A stretch of 64,000 nucleotides of DNA from Candidatus Pacebacteria bacterium CG_4_9_14_0_2_um_filter_40_15 (lineage in GTDB: Bacteria; Patescibacteriota; Microgenomatia; UBA1400; PJMF01), in contig PFRS01000001.1 in NCBI GenBank assembly GCA_002788675.1, forward strand, positions 15,009 through 79,008, in the 5' to 3' direction. The position numbers and the translations under genes were made by a program. The notes under the pieces were generated by a model, which saw only the letters and a list, made by a program, of their open reading frames with translations, was not told the origin of the DNA and ran no database searches. This document shows positions 26,917 to 38,162 of the stretch, one piece after another (the stretch's first letter is position 1; each line of letters opens with the position of its first letter).

Positions 26917-29277
26917 TTAGATTTGTGCAACACGTAATACTTCCTCAATTGTGGTGACTCCATTTAGAGCCTTCATATACCCATCCTGCTTCATAAGAAG
27001 CATTCCCTCTGTCATGGCGACCTTTTCCATTTCTGAGGCTGGCTGTCGTTCCAAAATCATTTTTGAAATTGTTTCAGAAATTGGCATAACCTCAAAAATA
27101 GCGATACGACCGCGATATTCAGGTTCAGTTGCAGGACGATCAGCTTTACAACGATGGAGAACCAATGTCTCCGCTGTCATATTATTAGTTTTACACCATT
27201 GATCAAATCGAGGACCTAAGACTTTTCTGATGTCATCGACAACTGCTTTTTCAGGCTTATATTCTTCTTTGTATTTTTCATTAATTTTACGTAACACACG
27301 CTGTGCCATAACCAACGTGATTGATGATGCCAAGAGAAATGGCTCAGCGCCCATGTCCAAGAGACGAGGCAGCGCACCGGCAGCACTTGAGGTATGCAGG
27401 GTAGAGAATACTAAGTGACCTGTCAGCGCAGCTTGCACAGCAAGTTCAGCGGTTTCTGAGTCACGAATTTCTCCCACCATGATAATGTTAGGGTCCTGAC
27501 GCAAGAATGAACGCAAACCTGAAGCAAACGTAAGCCCAGCTTGAGGATTAATCTGCACCTGATTAACTCCTGTCATCTGGTACTCAACTGGATCTTCCAG
27601 TGTCATGATGTTCACTTTAGGTGAGTTAATCTTATGCAAAACAGAGTAGAGTGTTGTAGTTTTACCAGATCCTGTAGGACCAGTAACAAGAACAATTCCA
27701 TGCGGAACTTTACTGGCTGTATTAACTCGCTGCAATGCAATTCCATCTAAACCAAGCTGAGGAAGTTCTGGGACAGACTGATCTTTCTTAAGCAAACGCA
27801 TAACAATCTTTTCACCATGAATAGTAGGCAGCGTAGAAACACGCAGGTCAACTTCTTGTTCACTATTTGCGAAGTTAAAACGACCATCTTGTGGAATACG
27901 TTTTTCATCAATTTTTAGGTTGGATAGAATCTTGATACGAGAAACGACCGCATCATGAACTGATGCAGGCAAAATAAGCTTCTCTTGCAAAATACCATCA
28001 ATACGGTAGCGCACCCGGGTACGACTTTCTTGAGGTTCGATGTGAATATCTGAAGCCAATGCTTTCATAGCAAACTCAACAATGGTGTGCACAATTTTTG
28101 TAATTGGAGCCTGTCGAATCGTTTCGCCTGAAAGGCTTGATAAATCGCTCTTTTCTTGCCTTGATTCAGCCACTTGGCTAGTTTCTTGCAGCGCTTCAGT
28201 AACTTCACTTGAGAGTGATTGTGAGTAGTGTTCTGCGAGTGTGCGCTCCAGTTCGGAAGGCGTGGCGTACTTGGCTTCAATACGGACTCCAGATTTTTTC
28301 TCGGCAAAATCAATCGCAGCCAAATCCAACGGATTGATCATAGCTACAACCATGTGATTATCAGCTTTATCAAAACTGATAGGCAGCATCTTGTAAGTGC
28401 GAGCTACACTTTCTGGAAGCTGAGTAAGCGCTTGTGGATCGGTACCGGTATCTGCAATGCGAATAAAAGGAATACCATTGAACTCAGCTTTTGCCTTGGT
28501 TATTTCTTCTTCACTGGCATATTTTTTTTCTGAAAGAATTTGCTCGATTGGCTTACCTGTTGAAATATGTGCCACACTTACCTGGTTAAACGACTCTTGG
28601 GTAATCTCACCTTTTGTAAGCAAAATATCCAAAATTGAGTTTGGATTACCACTGGTGACAGGGGTTGGGACTGCATCTAGGGTAGCCGCAGGGTCAGCTG
28701 GTTTTTGAGTTTCCTCAACTGGTTCTGCAGCTGGTGCAGGAGCATCAGCAGGCAGTTCTGGAGCTGGCGTTTCTGCCACAACTTCGGGGGTTGGTGTTTC
28801 AGCGACTTCGGGGATTTCAGGTATTTTTTCAGGTGCTGCATCTGCTGCGAGTGAGTCTGCTGTTGATGCAGTGACGGACTCCGTTGTAGCTTCAGCTGGT
28901 GTCGTAGATTCGATAGTTTCAGTAGGTTCAACTGTCATTTCAGCTTGAACTGCAGGCTCTATTTCCTCAGTTGGCAGTTCAACTGGAACGGCTGAAATTG
29001 CTGGGGCAGCAACACCTTCATCCGCACTCGCCAAAAGCTGATCAACAGCTCCGGCTGCTGCTGATAAATCTTCGGCACCCACATTTTGTTCATCTTGAAG
29101 TGTTTGATCAGTAGGAGAAATTGTTGGCGTAACAACCGTAGCAACGGAGGAACTGTCACTGAGTGAACTTCCTCCTAACACACTCGAGTCAGAGCCACTA
29201 GAAACACTACCCATACTACTAACGGGTTTATTTTCAGGAATCTTAAGTGGTTGTGGATCTTGGGCAGGATCTTGCAT
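26917..29277 (-). CDS. pilB: Type IV pilus assembly ATPase PilB with long acidic N-terminal extension
   Basis: ASDIHIEP, GPTGSGKTTT, LRQDPNIIMVGEIRD, TGHLVFSTLH; ATG 29277 preferred. Confidence 0.95.
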   Translation of the reverse strand: MQDPAQDPQPLKIPENKPVSSMGSVSSGSDSSVLGGSSLSDSSSVATVVTPTISPTDQTLQDEQNVGAEDLSAAAGAVDQLLASADEGVAAPAISAVPVELPTEEIEPAVQAEMTVEPTETIESTTPAEATTESVTASTADSLAADAAPEKIPEIPEVAETPTPEVVAETPAPELPADAPAPAAEPVEETQKPADPAATLDAVPTPVTSGNPNSILDILLTKGEITQESFNQVSVAHISTGKPIEQILSEKKYASEEEITKAKAEFNGIPFIRIADTGTDPQALTQLPESVARTYKMLPISFDKADNHMVVAMINPLDLAAIDFAEKKSGVRIEAKYATPSELERTLAEHYSQSLSSEVTEALQETSQVAESRQEKSDLSSLSGETIRQAPITKIVHTIVEFAMKALASDIHIEPQESRTRVRYRIDGILQEKLILPASVHDAVVSRIKILSNLKIDEKRIPQDGRFNFANSEQEVDLRVSTLPTIHGEKIVMRLLKKDQSVPELPQLGLDGIALQRVNTASKVPHGIVLVTGPTGSGKTTTLYSVLHKINSPKVNIMTLEDPVEYQMTGVNQVQINPQAGLTFASGLRSFLRQDPNIIMVGEIRDSETAELAVQAALTGHLVFSTLHTSSAAGALPRLLDMGAEPFLLASSITLVMAQRVLRKINEKYKEEYKPEKAVVDDIRKVLGPRFDQWCKTNNMTAETLVLHRCKADRPATEPEYRGRIAIFEVMPISETISKMILERQPASEMEKVAMTEGMLLMKQDGYMKALNGVTTIEEVLRVAQI

Positions 29278-29359
29278 AGCTACACTATCCACTATACTGT
29301 AAAATAGACACAGCAACAATACACTGTCTCAATATCACCGTAATTTAGTAGAAAATCTC

Positions 29360-30010
29360 ATGCATTTTGACCCTACAACAACTCATCTCCTCATAGCAGC
29401 AGAACCGCTGAAAGAAAAAGCAACGCAGTTTTTGCTCGATCAGTGGCAAGTCGACACAAACTATCCGCATATTGCTTGGTTTGGCGATGAAGCTGCACTC
29501 AAAATAGCTACCGTGCGCAACCTGCAAGAGTATTTAAGCTTTGCCAGCAGTCCCACTGACACTCGATTTTGCGTGGTGCTGGGACTCGAGTCTGCAACGC
29601 TTCCAGCACAGAATGCACTTTTAAAATTAGTTGAAGAGCCACCGGTAAACACTCAAATTGTTTTGGTGGGTCAATCTCTTGAAAAGATACTCCCGACTAT
29701 TCAGTCCAGATGCTTAGTTACCAAACAAACAGAAAAATGGGATACCGATGCAGCCAAAGAACTCTATACAAAACTTTCTGGCAGTACCATTCCAGTGGCC
29801 CTTCAGCTAGCTGAAGAGTACACAGACAGAACTGCAGCTATTGAGTTGGCTAACCAGCTGACCACATACTTTCATACTGAACTTGAAAAAAATGGTGAAA
29901 ACGCCCAACTGCAAAAGCACATTGCTGAAACACTCCGATTAAAAAAACGGTTAGGTCAAAATGGAAACGTGCAGCTTGCTGTTGAGGAGTTTTTTTTACA
30001 ACTGATTTAG
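29360..30010 (+). CDS. holB: Truncated DNA polymerase III delta' subunit-like
   Basis: AQNALLKLVEEPP, LPTIQSRC. Confidence 0.85.
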   Translation: MHFDPTTTHLLIAAEPLKEKATQFLLDQWQVDTNYPHIAWFGDEAALKIATVRNLQEYLSFASSPTDTRFCVVLGLESATLPAQNALLKLVEEPPVNTQIVLVGQSLEKILPTIQSRCLVTKQTEKWDTDAAKELYTKLSGSTIPVALQLAEEYTDRTAAIELANQLTTYFHTELEKNGENAQLQKHIAETLRLKKRLGQNGNVQLAVEEFFLQLI

Positions 30011-30015
30011 ATACA

Positions 30016-30046
30016 AAATTGCCCTGCTAAAAAAGCAGGGCAATTT
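30016..30046. terminator. Bidirectional terminator between convergent genes
   Basis: AAATTGCCCTGCT-loop-AGCAGGGCAATTT. Confidence 0.8.
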
Positions 30047-30071
30047 AAAAGGGGTTCTAACAATGCTCAGG

Positions 30072-30422
30072 TTAAAAAATGATAGCCTTGAGCAAAACAA
30101 AAAAAGAAACCGAAAACACAACCATATACCAACGGTACTGGTTAACTTCTTCCCGGGGGGCACCTTTGATATCGCCAATCCAAACTGATGCCAGTCCCAG
30201 TAGGTACACAATAACAGCCAGAGCAACTGTCGCAGTGGTTGGCAACACTTCACCAATCTTGGCTGAAATAAGCACTGCAATTAATGCAGATACTAATACC
30301 AGCCAACCACTCAAAATGCTGTATGCCAACCCAAACAGCGGGTAAATCAGCATAAACACGCTGAATTTGCTCAAAACTGCAGCCAGGTCAACGTTTAACC
30401 GTAATTTAAATCCGGATTTCAT
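30072..30422 (-). CDS. ORFan multi-TM membrane protein
   Basis: About 4 hydrophobic segments; SD GGTGG before ATG 30422; own promoter and terminator. Confidence 0.7.
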   Translation of the reverse strand: MKSGFKLRLNVDLAAVLSKFSVFMLIYPLFGLAYSILSGWLVLVSALIAVLISAKIGEVLPTTATVALAVIVYLLGLASVWIGDIKGAPREEVNQYRWYMVVFSVSFFVLLKAIIF

Positions 30423-30823
30423 CTTATTTACCACCTTTTAAAGAATGTTCTCTCCCGCAAACACAAAGTGTGAACGAGGTGTTCACTGTGGGCAAAGAAA
30501 GATACACTATTATAGCACTTTAATTATTATGGGTCAATATAATAGGTATATTTTATATATGTTGCTATATAGTAATGAATATTTCGATATGTTCCGACTT
30601 ATTCAGGTCCAAATACAGCAAAATAAACCGAAATTGAAGCGCTCAGAGCCTCGTCTTGAGGACACTGTGTCTATTCTACGGCGAAAATATGTGGTAGTAT
30701 CATTTTGTACTAGTAACTTGTAGTTAATCAAATACACACTCCACTCGCGCTGCCCACCAGGTGGATCTTTGTTTTTATATCAAAGATGTGCTATAAAAGT
30801 GTTTCTGATAACTACCTTCAAGA

Positions 30824-32848
30824 ATGGATATGGCAAACACAAATAATCACTATCAAGCATCAGAAATTAAAGTCCTCGAAGGCTTAGAGCCAGTTCGCAA
30901 ACGCCCTGGTATGTACATCGGTTCAACCGATGGCAGAGGTCTGCATCACCTCGCAAAAGAAATTCTCGATAACGCTGTTGACGAAGCAATTGCTGGATAT
31001 GGAAAAGGTATTGAACTCTACCACACAGAAGTAGGGGACAGGGAACGAAAACTTGCAACAGTTGAATTAACCGAACAAGAGGCGATTACCGTAGTCGACA
31101 ATGGTCGCGGTATCCCTGTTGATATGCATGCTTCAGGAGTTTCAGCACTACAAGTAGTTATGACCAAACTGCATGCCGGTGGAAAGTTTGAAGAAACAGC
31201 CTACCAAGCTAGTGGTGGTTTGCATGGTGTGGGATCTTCTGCTGTTAACGCACTTTCTAACTTAGTACAAGTCATCGTCAAACGTGACAAAGCTTACTAC
31301 TATCAAAGCTATACTCGAGGAATTCCACATGAGGCAGTTCGAAAACTAACTGAAAAACAAGTTAAAGACATGTTCCCACTTCAAACTGAAAAGTTTGTGA
31401 CTTACGATACCGGAACACTTCTGCAGTTTATTCCTGATAGCTCTATTTTTTCAACAACAGCATTCAGTCATAAAACTCTTGTTAGCGTCATTAAAGACCG
31501 CGCCTATCTTATGGCAGGTATTTATTTCCAATTAGTTGACACCATCGAAAACTCAGAAGAACACTACTACTTTGAAGGCGGTATCCGCAGTCTGGTTGAA
31601 CATATCAACATGACCAAAAAGCCACTTCACAAAGTTATGTACACCGAAGGAGTATGGACCGACGACACAACCGGCAAAAAAATTGGTGTCGAAGTCGCCC
31701 TACAATACAACGACTCATACAAAGAAAGAGTAGAATCCTACGTTAACGTTATTCACACACCAGATGGTGGTGCTCATGTAAATGGCTTCACCTTAGCTTT
31801 GGGAAATGTACTCCGTAAGTACGCCAAAGACCATAACTTGCTTAAAGAAAAAGAAAGTTTCACCAGTGAAGACATGAAAGAAGGTGTTTCAGCAGTTATT
31901 TTCGTTAAAATGCCGTCGAACGACCTTCAATTTGAATCACAAACCAAAACTAAACTAAACAATAGCGAAGCCCAGTCGGCTGTCTACCAAGTCTTTAAAG
32001 ATGGACTCGATACGTTCCTCGAAGAAGATCCCAAAGCTGGAAAAGCCATTATCGATAAAATCATGCTTTCTGCCCGAGCTCGCATGGCAGCTCGTGCCGC
32101 TAAAGATGCCGTTATTCGAAAAGGTGTGTTTGAAGGTAGTTCACTCCCAGGAAAACTAGCTGACTGTCAGAGCAAAAACCCAGCAGATAGTGAAATTTAC
32201 ATCGTAGAGGGTGACTCTGCAGGCGGTTCAGCAAAGCAGGGAAGAGACCGCAAATTTCAGGCTATTTTCCCACTGCGTGGAAAAATTCTTAACACAGAGC
32301 GTGCTCGCCTCGATAAAATTGTGGCTTCAGAAGAAGTCAAAAACTTAGTTATCGCTCTTGGCGCCGGTATTGGTGAAACATTCGACCCAGAAAAACTCCG
32401 CTACCATCGCATTATTCTTATGAATGACGCTGACGTCGATGGAGAACATATCACCACGCTCGGACTAACTTTTTTCTTCCGCCATCTTCCAGAAGTAGTC
32501 GAACAAGGCTACCTCTACATTGCTATGCCACCACTTTTCAAGATCTCATGGGGAAAAAATGAAGAATACGTCTACAGTGAAGAAGAGCGCGACAAAGTCA
32601 TCACCGGCATCCGCGCCGACAGCGCAAATGCAAACATTGGTGTCCAACGCTACAAAGGTTTGGGAGAAATGAACCCAGAACAACTCTGGGAAACCACCAT
32701 GAACCCAGAAAAACGCATGCTTAAACGCGTCACTATTGCCGACGCAGATAAAGCAGACACAACCTTCAGCACCTTAATGGGTGACGACGTTGCGCCACGT
32801 AAGAAGTTTATCCAGACACATGCTAAGCTGGCAAATATTGATATTTAG
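30824..32848 (+). CDS. gyrB: DNA gyrase subunit B
   Basis: LEPVRKRPGMYIG, GGLHGVG, EGDSAGG, PLRGK, DADVDG, YKGLGEM. Confidence 0.97.
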   Translation: MDMANTNNHYQASEIKVLEGLEPVRKRPGMYIGSTDGRGLHHLAKEILDNAVDEAIAGYGKGIELYHTEVGDRERKLATVELTEQEAITVVDNGRGIPVDMHASGVSALQVVMTKLHAGGKFEETAYQASGGLHGVGSSAVNALSNLVQVIVKRDKAYYYQSYTRGIPHEAVRKLTEKQVKDMFPLQTEKFVTYDTGTLLQFIPDSSIFSTTAFSHKTLVSVIKDRAYLMAGIYFQLVDTIENSEEHYYFEGGIRSLVEHINMTKKPLHKVMYTEGVWTDDTTGKKIGVEVALQYNDSYKERVESYVNVIHTPDGGAHVNGFTLALGNVLRKYAKDHNLLKEKESFTSEDMKEGVSAVIFVKMPSNDLQFESQTKTKLNNSEAQSAVYQVFKDGLDTFLEEDPKAGKAIIDKIMLSARARMAARAAKDAVIRKGVFEGSSLPGKLADCQSKNPADSEIYIVEGDSAGGSAKQGRDRKFQAIFPLRGKILNTERARLDKIVASEEVKNLVIALGAGIGETFDPEKLRYHRIILMNDADVDGEHITTLGLTFFFRHLPEVVEQGYLYIAMPPLFKISWGKNEEYVYSEEERDKVITGIRADSANANIGVQRYKGLGEMNPEQLWETTMNPEKRMLKRVTIADADKADTTFSTLMGDDVAPRKKFIQTHAKLANIDI

Positions 32849-32880
32849 AAACAGAGTACCAGGTACAGGAAACATCCTTC

Positions 32881-33828
32881 ATGCCAAAAACATACATCAT
32901 CGGACATCAAAAACCAGACACAGACGCAGTTGTAGCAGCTATGGCGCTTGCTTATTTGCACGAAAGCTCACCAGCACACGCTGAGCACGAGAATTCCGTG
33001 GCAGTCATTGCCGATCCACTCAACCCAGAGACGACATTTTTGTTTGAAAAATTTGGCATTGCGGCACCACAACAAATCACAGCAGCAGATATTGCTCCAG
33101 AAGACAAAATTGTGCTGGTCGACCACAACGAAGAAGTGCAACGTTTAGCTGGCATTAATCCAGATCAAATTGTTAACATCGTGGACCATCACAAAGCAAA
33201 CATTAACTTTAACGGACCCATTTGTTTGGTCTTCCGTCCTTGGGGCTCAACCTCAACAATCGTGTATCACATGATGAAAATTAAGAATGTAGTCCCTTCA
33301 AAAACAATTGCCTCACTCATGTTGGCAGCCATTTTGTCCGACACAGTTGGCTACAAAAGCGCTACTACAACTCAAAAAGACAAAGAATATGGCGCAGAAC
33401 TAGCTCAAATCGCAGAAATTGGGGACGTCGAGGCCTTCACCCTAGAAATATTCAAAGCAAAATCGGACGTTTCACAACTTTCAGACATAGAAATCGTTAA
33501 AAACGACTACAAAGTCTTTGAGTTCAGCAAAAAAACCATGATTGACCAGCTCGAAACAGTGGAACAAGACATGATCCTCACCGAGAAAAAAGCCTCACTC
33601 CTTGCTGCCATGCAGACAGTCAAAGCAGAACTTGGCGTTGAACTCCTGTTTGTCGCCATTACCGATATATTGAAAGTTAACACTAAACTACTTATTCTTG
33701 GTGAAGCTGAAGCCAGCGTTGCCCAGAAGGCATTTGGGGGCACCGTGAGCGACAACATGATCGACATCGGCCCAAAAATGTCTCGTAAAAAGGAAATTGC
33801 ACCAGCTATTGAAAAAGCAGTGGCCTAA
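32881..33828 (+). CDS. ppaC: Mn-dependent inorganic pyrophosphatase (family II)
   Basis: GHQKPDTD, VDHN, VDHH, AILSDT, SRKK. Confidence 0.93.
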   Translation: MPKTYIIGHQKPDTDAVVAAMALAYLHESSPAHAEHENSVAVIADPLNPETTFLFEKFGIAAPQQITAADIAPEDKIVLVDHNEEVQRLAGINPDQIVNIVDHHKANINFNGPICLVFRPWGSTSTIVYHMMKIKNVVPSKTIASLMLAAILSDTVGYKSATTTQKDKEYGAELAQIAEIGDVEAFTLEIFKAKSDVSQLSDIEIVKNDYKVFEFSKKTMIDQLETVEQDMILTEKKASLLAAMQTVKAELGVELLFVAITDILKVNTKLLILGEAEASVAQKAFGGTVSDNMIDIGPKMSRKKEIAPAIEKAVA

Positions 33829-33870
33829 AGCACGCAGAGGAGAGAAGACCTACTAGAAAACACGACAACT

Positions 33871-36669
33871 ATGACAGACGAAAACAACAAGCAACCAGAA
33901 AACGAAGTGACAGATGCTGCAAAAGCAGAGGAAGCTGAAACAAAGCCAGTAGAAACAATGGCAGAGGCAGTTGCTGAAGAACACCTCGAAACCGAAGCTG
34001 AAGCATTAATCGGCACCATCGAAGAAACTCGTTTTGGCCGCATGAAGTACATTTCCATTAAATCGGAAATGGAAAAGAGTTACCTCGACTACGCCATGAG
34101 TGTCATCGTCTCTCGTGCGCTTCCTGACGTGCGTGACGGTCTTAAACCAGTCCACCGCCGTATTCTTTACTCAATGCATAAAAGTGGCATTAACCACAAA
34201 AGTGGCTACAAAAAATCAGCTCGTATTGTTGGAGACGTCCTCGGTAAATATCACCCACATGGTGACTCGTCCGTGTATATGGCCATGGTCCGTTTGGCTC
34301 AAGACTTTAGCATGCGCTATGAATTAATTGATGGCCAAGGTAACTTCGGTTCCGTCGACGGAGATAGCCCAGCTGCAATGCGTTACACCGAGGCTCGCAT
34401 GGCTAAAATTTCGCAAGAACTCTTGGTCGACATCGACAAAAACACCGTTCCTTTTATTGATAACTTTGACGGTTCACTTCAAGAACCATCAGTCCTTCCG
34501 GCAAAACTTCCAAACTTGCTCCTTATGGGTGCAGAAGGAATTGCTGTAGGTATGGCAACAAAAATTCCACCACATAACTTAGTTGAAGTCTGTAACGCCA
34601 TTACTGCTATGATTGTCAGCGGTGAATCCGCTCGACCAGAGGGAAATACCTTTAGTTTACCTGACCGAGGGGCATCTAAAAAAGGTGACAACGTTGCTGA
34701 TGAAATTAAAACCATGCATGCGCAAATTGACGTGCTGCTTACCACTGATCCAAAAGAACTTGCTGGAAACTTCCAAACCGACACCACCATCGACAACATC
34801 ATGGAGCACATCAATGGTCCAGACTTCCCAACCGGCGGTATCATTTATGATTTCAACGCCATAAAAGAAGGTTACAAAACCGGAAAAGGTCGTGTCGTTA
34901 TCCGCGCTAAAGCTGCAATCGAAGAAACTAAAAAGGGTGGCTTCCAAATTATTGTGACTGAACTACCTTACCAGGTTAACAAAGCTCGCTTACTCCAAAA
35001 AATTGCCCAACTAGCTCGTGACAAAAAAGTAAACGGCATCCGCGACCTCAATGACGACTCTGACCGTAACGGTATGCAGGTTACCATCGACCTTAAACGA
35101 GATGCCAGGCCAAAGGTTGTGCTGAACAAGCTCTTCAAGTACTCTGAACTCCAAACCAGTTTCTCTATGAATATGGTGGCTCTGACCAGTGAGGGAACCC
35201 CACAACTCTTAAATATTCGCCAAATCCTAATGGAATACATTGCTCACCGCCAACTTATCGTGGTCCGCCGCAGTCAGCAAGAACTTATTCAAGCTCGTGA
35301 CCGCGCTCACATCTTGGAAGGCTTGCTCATTGCCCTGGGAAATCTTGATGACGTTGTCGCCATTATCCGCAAATCTCCCGACACCGATGCAGCTCGCGAG
35401 GCCTTAATGAAGAAATTCGGCCTCTCACATATTCAGGCGACCGCAATCCTTGATATGCAACTCAAGCGGCTCGCCGCCCTCGAACGCAAAAAAATCGAAG
35501 AAGAGTACGCAGAAGTCAAGAAAACACTCGAAACGCTTATTACCTTACTTTCAGAACCAGCACACATCCTGGCTGTTATTAAAGATGAAACAGCAGAACT
35601 TATCACGCTCTACGGAGACGAACGCCGCACCAAGCTCATCAAGGGCAAAGTTGGCGAGTTCAGTGAAGAAGACCTCGTTCCAAATGAAGAAGCTGTCATC
35701 ACCCTTACTGAGACCGGCTACATCAAGCGTCTTAACCCAGCAGCTTTCCGCACGCAATCACGAGGTGGAAAAGGCAGCATCGGCGTCAAGATGAAAGCAG
35801 AAGACATGGTCAGCACCTTGCTCACCATCAACACTCACGATAACTTATTGGTGTTTACAAACCAGGGACGCGTCTTCAAACTTCGTGGTTACGAGATTCC
35901 AGAGTCATCACGTCAGGCAAAGGGCACCGCAATGGTAAACCTTATTAACTTGCAACATGATGAACGTGTGCAATCTATCCTAGTTGTCGATCCTGAAAAA
36001 GATGCAGAAAAATTTATCTGTCTTGCCACTGAAAAAGGTTTAATTAAGAAGACCGCAGTCAAACTCTATGACAACATTCGTCAGAACGGTATTATCGCTA
36101 TCACACTTAATGATAGTGACATTCTTGTTCACGGCAGACTCACTTCAGGTGAAGATGAAATCATGATGATCACCCACGAAGGCAAGTCAATTCGCTTCTC
36201 AGAGACCGAAGTTAAAAGCTCAAATCGGGACACAAAAGGTGTCAAAGGCATTACGTTGAAGAAAGAAGATTACGTGGTCGGATTTGAAGTACTCAGTGCC
36301 TCAGAAGACCTGCTTAAATCGGCTACTGAACGTCAGCTTTTGCTTATTACCAAGAACGGAATGGGTAAGCGAACTAACCTCGATCAATACCCAGTTCAGA
36401 AGCGTTCAGGCATGGGTGTAAAAGTTGCAGAAATCACCAAGAAAACCGGCAAAGTTGCCAGCGCTCGAAAAGTAATTGCAGCTGATCACAAAGAAGTTGT
36501 GATCACTACCAAAGAAGGCCAAACCATAAAACTGCCACTTACAAAGAAGTCTATTCCAATCTTAACTCGCCCAACACAAGGTGTCATTTTAATGCGACTC
36601 AAGAAGACTGATGAAGTCGTCGCAGTGGCCCTAACCTTCAAAAAAGTTGAGGGAGACGACGAGGACTAA
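33871..36669 (+). CDS. gyrA: DNA gyrase subunit A
   Basis: [15 protein letters not shown], GyrA-box QSRGGKG. Confidence 0.97.
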   Translation: MTDENNKQPENEVTDAAKAEEAETKPVETMAEAVAEEHLETEAEALIGTIEETRFGRMKYISIKSEMEKSYLDYAMSVIVSRALPDVRDGLKPVHRRILYSMHKSGINHKSGYKKSARIVGDVLGKYHPHGDSSVYMAMVRLAQDFSMRYELIDGQGNFGSVDGDSPAAMRYTEARMAKISQELLVDIDKNTVPFIDNFDGSLQEPSVLPAKLPNLLLMGAEGIAVGMATKIPPHNLVEVCNAITAMIVSGESARPEGNTFSLPDRGASKKGDNVADEIKTMHAQIDVLLTTDPKELAGNFQTDTTIDNIMEHINGPDFPTGGIIYDFNAIKEGYKTGKGRVVIRAKAAIEETKKGGFQIIVTELPYQVNKARLLQKIAQLARDKKVNGIRDLNDDSDRNGMQVTIDLKRDARPKVVLNKLFKYSELQTSFSMNMVALTSEGTPQLLNIRQILMEYIAHRQLIVVRRSQQELIQARDRAHILEGLLIALGNLDDVVAIIRKSPDTDAAREALMKKFGLSHIQATAILDMQLKRLAALERKKIEEEYAEVKKTLETLITLLSEPAHILAVIKDETAELITLYGDERRTKLIKGKVGEFSEEDLVPNEEAVITLTETGYIKRLNPAAFRTQSRGGKGSIGVKMKAEDMVSTLLTINTHDNLLVFTNQGRVFKLRGYEIPESSRQAKGTAMVNLINLQHDERVQSILVVDPEKDAEKFICLATEKGLIKKTAVKLYDNIRQNGIIAITLNDSDILVHGRLTSGEDEIMMITHEGKSIRFSETEVKSSNRDTKGVKGITLKKEDYVVGFEVLSASEDLLKSATERQLLLITKNGMGKRTNLDQYPVQKRSGMGVKVAEITKKTGKVASARKVIAADHKEVVITTKEGQTIKLPLTKKSIPILTRPTQGVILMRLKKTDEVVAVALTFKKVEGDDED

Positions 36670-36702
36670 GGTACAAAAGCACACGCAAAAACAAAAAATT
36701 CA

Positions 36703-36741
36703 GTGAGGTGTCCGAAAGAGAGTAGGGCGCCTCATTTTTTT
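36703..36741 (+). terminator. Terminator after gyrA
   Basis: TGAGGTGTCC-loop-GGGCGCCTCA followed by T-run. Confidence 0.75.
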
Positions 36742-37036
36742 ACGATTACACCTGCAGTACAGCTGAAAAATCTCATACTCAAGCAAGGAGCTTATAATGA
36801 ACATTCTAAGTCGTTACTACATAACTATTCTTGAGGTAAGTGGTGAGGAGGATACACACCAGCTACGCATAGCCAATGCACCTATTTAGATTGATATATA
36901 GAGGAAAACGAACAAGGTCATATTTTAGCAGTCTAATCATTACTCTGCTAGTGTCCCATAGCCATAAAACAACTTCTTTCCTCTATAATTTCCTCAAGGT
37001 GGATGATATACTAAGACTTTGTTAACAATTACGTTT

Positions 37037-37110
37037 GGGCCTGTGGCGCAGTTGGCTAGCGCGCCTGTATGGCATACAGGAGGTCAGGGGTTCAAATCCC
37101 CTCAGGTCCA
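37037..37110 (+). tRNA. tRNA-Ala (GGC), CCA not encoded
   Basis: Acceptor GGGCCTG/CAGGTCC with G3:U70; anticodon arm CCTGT-ATGGCAT-ACAGG; T-loop TTCAAAT. Confidence 0.97.
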
Positions 37111-37119
37111 CATCCAACC

Positions 37120-37926
37120 ATGAAGTTTACCACACTTTCATTTTCTAACCACCCAGACATCATCGTTCCAGAATATCTCACTTTAGTCTATCCAGACGAC
37201 TCACAATTGCCACTTTCAGAGCAGCATTTTCTGCTCTCAATTCCATGGAATGACGAGTATCTACAATTAGTTCCCACAGAGTACCAAGATTTTTTCAAAG
37301 CTGTTTTACCACATTTGCATGCCCGCACAACGGATGTCCATACTGCCACTTGTTGTACCTATATCGACAGTATTTGTACTGCTATTTCTGCTGAACTTGG
37401 ACTGTCAAATATCAATAAAAAAGTTGTCACACTGGCTCTCATTTTGCATGATAGTGGGTGGAGCAAACTCACTGAATTTGAGGTTGCCGCAAGCTTAGGT
37501 GTCAGCGGTTTAGCACTCACAAAATCAGCCATGGGACCTAAAGAAAAACATGCTGTTGAAGGTGTTGCACTTGCCACTGAAATTCTTCAGTCGCACGCAG
37601 ATGAGCTTTCACTTTCAGCCGACGAAATTAACCTTATTCTTAAAGCAGTACGGTTCCACGATCAACCTGAAAAAGTCGCTGCCCAGGGAAATTCTATACC
37701 TGCTGAAGTACGAGCTTTAGTCGATTTAGACCATTTGTGGTCGTTTACTCAGGCAAATTTTTGGCAAGATATCTATAGAAAGGGCATAGCAACCCCACAA
37801 ACCTACCTTGATAACCTTTCCCGCGACCTTCCAACCTATTTTGTAACCCAGTCGGGCAGAGAACTAGCCCTAAAACTCCTCTCAGAACGTCAAAATGAGG
37901 TCTCTGAGTTCCCACAGGTCAAGTAA
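37120..37926 (+). CDS. HD-domain phosphohydrolase
   Basis: DVHT...LHDSGW...KHA...FHD...DLD; start at ATG 37120, after the tRNA. Confidence 0.8.
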   Translation: MKFTTLSFSNHPDIIVPEYLTLVYPDDSQLPLSEQHFLLSIPWNDEYLQLVPTEYQDFFKAVLPHLHARTTDVHTATCCTYIDSICTAISAELGLSNINKKVVTLALILHDSGWSKLTEFEVAASLGVSGLALTKSAMGPKEKHAVEGVALATEILQSHADELSLSADEINLILKAVRFHDQPEKVAAQGNSIPAEVRALVDLDHLWSFTQANFWQDIYRKGIATPQTYLDNLSRDLPTYFVTQSGRELALKLLSERQNEVSEFPQVK

Positions 37927-38162
37927 TTGCTCTCAAAAACGGTTAAATAACACACGTTCCAGATACACACGCATAAAAATGATGTACTTGAATACATTAA
38001 TTACCCTTTTGATGCTATAAAATATTATTTGATTTTACGTATAAAAATAGTATTATTTGTATTTTCCAGATATAGTCAGAGAAGGGGAGGGTAAATAAGT
38101 TATATTAATATATCAAAAAGTATAATAATAGTTAAAAGAGTATGGAATGTGATCGAAAGACA

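Noticed and set aside
34615-34780. Intein in GyrA
   Set aside because: Too short, lacks the HN C-terminal motif, and is not at the catalytic Tyr site
37069-37119. N-terminal extension of the HD ORF in the track
   Set aside because: Overlaps tRNA-Ala; ATG 37120 is the plausible start
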